In this document: one piece after another, positions 61,751 through 64,000 of the stretch
Layout of the letters: each line of letters opens with the position of its first letter
How positions within the stretch are numbered: position 1 is the first letter of the stretch
Virus record (IMG/VR): IMGVR_UViG_3300043570_000998
Location: 1 to 64,000 of that record
Length of the DNA: 64,000 nucleotides
Direction: 5' to 3' (one strand)
DNA from: a virus
Made by a program: the position numbers and the translations under genes
The notes under the pieces: generated by a model
Told to the model about the DNA's origin: nothing
Databases searched by the model: none
The model's input: the letters and a program-made list of their open reading frames with translations, nothing else

Positions 61751-62160
61751 TTGAACTAATTGCAATTGCAACATTGCCAACAATAATTATAGCGTTGACA
61801 GGATTACTTACTAAAGAAAAGCTTCTTACAAAAAACTTAGCAGGTAAAGTAATTCAGTTAACTATTGATAATAAAATAATACTGGATAATATACAAGACA
61901 AGCCTTTTGAAAACAATATTGAACAAACAGAAGGCTTTGTAACATTTTTATCTGAATCACGAGAATGGGCATTTGAATATATTGAAAATGTTCAGAGTGG
62001 TTTAAATAAGTTTGTCGAACAAGCAGGTCCACGACTTGAATACTTTGACAAATATGGCAGGGTAATACCAAGTCCACATAATGATGGATTAGAAGATATT
62101 CTAACCGCATACCGTGAACTACAAAAATTACTACCTGAAACAAATAACAAGGAGAAATAA
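61747..62160 (+). CDS. Hypothetical protein with N-terminal TM segment
   Basis: GTGA overlap; FLSESREWAFEYIE motif. Confidence 0.6.
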   Translation: MIELIAIATLPTIIIALTGLLTKEKLLTKNLAGKVIQLTIDNKIILDNIQDKPFENNIEQTEGFVTFLSESREWAFEYIENVQSGLNKFVEQAGPRLEYFDKYGRVIPSPHNDGLEDILTAYRELQKLLPETNNKEK

Positions 62161-62161
62161 A

Positions 62162-62392
62162 ATGAACACAAAGCAATTAGTAGAACTACTTGCATCATAC
62201 GGACGCAGCCTCTTGGCTGCTGGTCTCGCACTCTATGCTGCAGGAGTCACAGACCCAATGCAGCTTGCTAATGCACTTTGGGCTGCATTGCTTCCAGTAG
62301 CTATTCGCTACGTCAACCCTAACGATCCAGCATTTGGTCGTGTCCCATCGGCTGAAGATGTTGCTGCTGCAGTTAAGACTGCAAAGAAGTAA
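62162..62392 (+). CDS. Holin-like membrane protein
   Basis: SYGRS.LAA...two TM...P...R..NP.D.AFG. Confidence 0.6.
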   Translation: MNTKQLVELLASYGRSLLAAGLALYAAGVTDPMQLANALWAALLPVAIRYVNPNDPAFGRVPSAEDVAAAVKTAKK

Positions 62393-62406
62393 TCTAACAC
62401 TAGAAG

Positions 62407-62433
62407 GTGGGCTATTTCGGTAGCCCACTTTTT
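62407..62433. terminator. Terminator between convergent genes
   Basis: GTGGGCTA-TTTCGG-TAGCCCAC followed by TTTTT. Confidence 0.8.
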
Positions 62434-63466
62434 ATTGTCCTAAAATCTCTAAATATTTAGACTTTAATACGTTTGGAGAAAATGACTTATATCCAATATT
62501 AAATGCACGTTGCTTTTCACTTTTCTTGTCAGACATTCCTATATAATAATCAATATTCTCTGCAAGCTTTTGTGCATTAACATCATAATAAATAACAGGA
62601 GCAGCTAATCTCATTATCCCAAGCTCTTCAGAGACAGTTAGCCATTCTTTTGGAAGGATTAAATTGTTTGGAGAAATGTCTGTCATAAAAACTGGTAGAC
62701 CACTAAGCAAAGCTTCGTTCATAGGTAAACATAAACCAGCATATCTTCTAGGCAAGATCATACCGTCAAAGCCAGTATACATATCCTGTCTATGTTTTAC
62801 ATTATCAATTTCAATAGTGATGCGTGAGTCTAATCCTTTAGAGCTAATCGGTGTTTGACTTTTTATGACTAATTCAAAGTCTGCCTTAGAGTGTCGCATC
62901 ATTTCAAGAACACTTTCTGTTCCATTACGATCATTTGCAGCAGCTTTACCAGCAATATGTAGCATACGCTTGTGATCTTTTGATGTATTTACTTCTAGTG
63001 CTTTTTCAAATAGTTCTGGTCTTGTGGGTGGAGGAAGATGTAGAACTTTTGCATAATTATAAAATCTATTATATACTTTTTCAATCATCCAGGGGCTTGG
63101 AGATATAAGAACATTCGCAACAGGTTTTTTCTCTCTCCTTAAGTTTCCAAATAATTCATAGTTATACTGAAGATATGTCCTTACTTCTTTTTTTCTTGCA
63201 AGTGCTGGGGTATTATCATTATAAAATGTTTCACAACTTAATAAAACATCAATATCGTCAAGAAAATTATTCATTTCTTCATCAGTTGGAATGCCTTTAC
63301 ATATAGTATAGTCACGTTCTGCATACCACTCAAAGTGCTGTTGATTACCGTTATAAGATGTAAAATCAATAATCATAATTTTGTACGGATTTAACATTTG
63401 TGTCAGTTCATATGTTTGATTACCAAGACCAGTATTGTCTGCCCTTACAATCATTCCTAGCTTCAT
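62432..63466 (-). CDS. Glycosyltransferase (GT-B / GT4-like)
   Basis: D.TGLG.QT N-terminus; PRRYAGLCLPMNEAL.SGLPV..TD donor-binding motif. Confidence 0.8.
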   Translation of the reverse strand: MKLGMIVRADNTGLGNQTYELTQMLNPYKIMIIDFTSYNGNQQHFEWYAERDYTICKGIPTDEEMNNFLDDIDVLLSCETFYNDNTPALARKKEVRTYLQYNYELFGNLRREKKPVANVLISPSPWMIEKVYNRFYNYAKVLHLPPPTRPELFEKALEVNTSKDHKRMLHIAGKAAANDRNGTESVLEMMRHSKADFELVIKSQTPISSKGLDSRITIEIDNVKHRQDMYTGFDGMILPRRYAGLCLPMNEALLSGLPVFMTDISPNNLILPKEWLTVSEELGIMRLAAPVIYYDVNAQKLAENIDYYIGMSDKKSEKQRAFNIGYKSFSPNVLKSKYLEILGQ

Positions 63467-64000
63467 TCTGTATACCCCCAACTAATATCATCAGATGTAA
63501 ACTTCTGCGTTCCATTCCTTCCATCTAAGTGATACGATCTCTTAATATTCTTTCCTTCATCTGGATAGTAAATCCAAAGTTTACTTTTGTCCCATTTGCG
63601 GTCTTGAACATATCCGTGAAAAGTATCTTCAATAAAAGTTTTTTCTGGAACATTTTTAAGCACCTGTGACCTATAGTAAGAGACAAGGCTAAGGTGTGGT
63701 CGTTGACTCCATTGTAATGTTTTTAAAAACCCATCCTCTACATTAAACATAAGGTGATAGTGTGGCTCTGGTATTACTGACTCAAAATGAAATCTAATAG
63801 TAAAAGCCTTATTAGAATCAATCATATCTAAACAGGCTTGCCAATCAATAGGTAAATCTGGAGTTAGTGGAGTGTCAGACTCTACATAAAGAAGTGTAGG
63901 TGTCTTAATTAAATCAATAGTTCTTTGCATCATACCTGTCTGATGTAGATGCTCATCAAATATTATTGGAAGAACGTTGGTCCACTCGTGAAGTGATTTC
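63463..64000 (-). CDS. Glycosyltransferase (GT-A-like), 5' end beyond window
   Basis: Frame is open to the window end; LLYVESD (DxD-like), WSQRPHL and HLDGR motifs; overlaps the next GT. Confidence 0.6.
   Translation of the reverse strand, partial: KSLHEWTNVLPIIFDEHLHQTGMMQRTIDLIKTPTLLYVESDTPLTPDLPIDWQACLDMIDSNKAFTIRFHFESVIPEPHYHLMFNVEDGFLKTLQWSQRPHLSLVSYYRSQVLKNVPEKTFIEDTFHGYVQDRKWDKSKLWIYYPDEGKNIKRSYHLDGRNGTQKFTSDDISWGYTE

Overview
This window is a 64-kb segment of a large, AT-rich, apparently lytic tailed phage with a long non-contractile tail. No integrase or repressor is visible. WhiB, class Ib RNR (nrdH/I/E/F), an FmdB-type Zn ribbon, DnaE and RecA point to an actinobacterial host, and the gene order resembles large actinophages in which the terminase sits apart from the portal (inference). 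Order: NlpC/P60 fragment; fibre/adhesin genes (0.3-8.4 kb); inverted glycosyltransferase; LamG-like virion protein; portal, protease/scaffold and major capsid; neck; tail tube; two paralogous tail chaperones; 2138-aa tape measure; tail-tip proteins (to 37.6 kb); replication/recombination block (37.6-50 kb); terminase; RNR; Pro/Glu-repeat surface protein; holin-like genes; five tRNAs; M23 endolysin; small accessory genes; convergent glycosyltransferases. The best leads are: (1) cargo-like domains, one resembling an ADP-ribosyltransferase-like/DUF3626 fold, bracketed by repeated motifs inside the tape measure; (2) tail chaperones G and GT encoded by gene duplication rather than frameshift; (3) possible virion O-glycosylation; (4) a self-contained hairpin sRNA/mini-ORF unit; (5) strong CATG avoidance. 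All family calls come from motifs read by eye; no searches were run.
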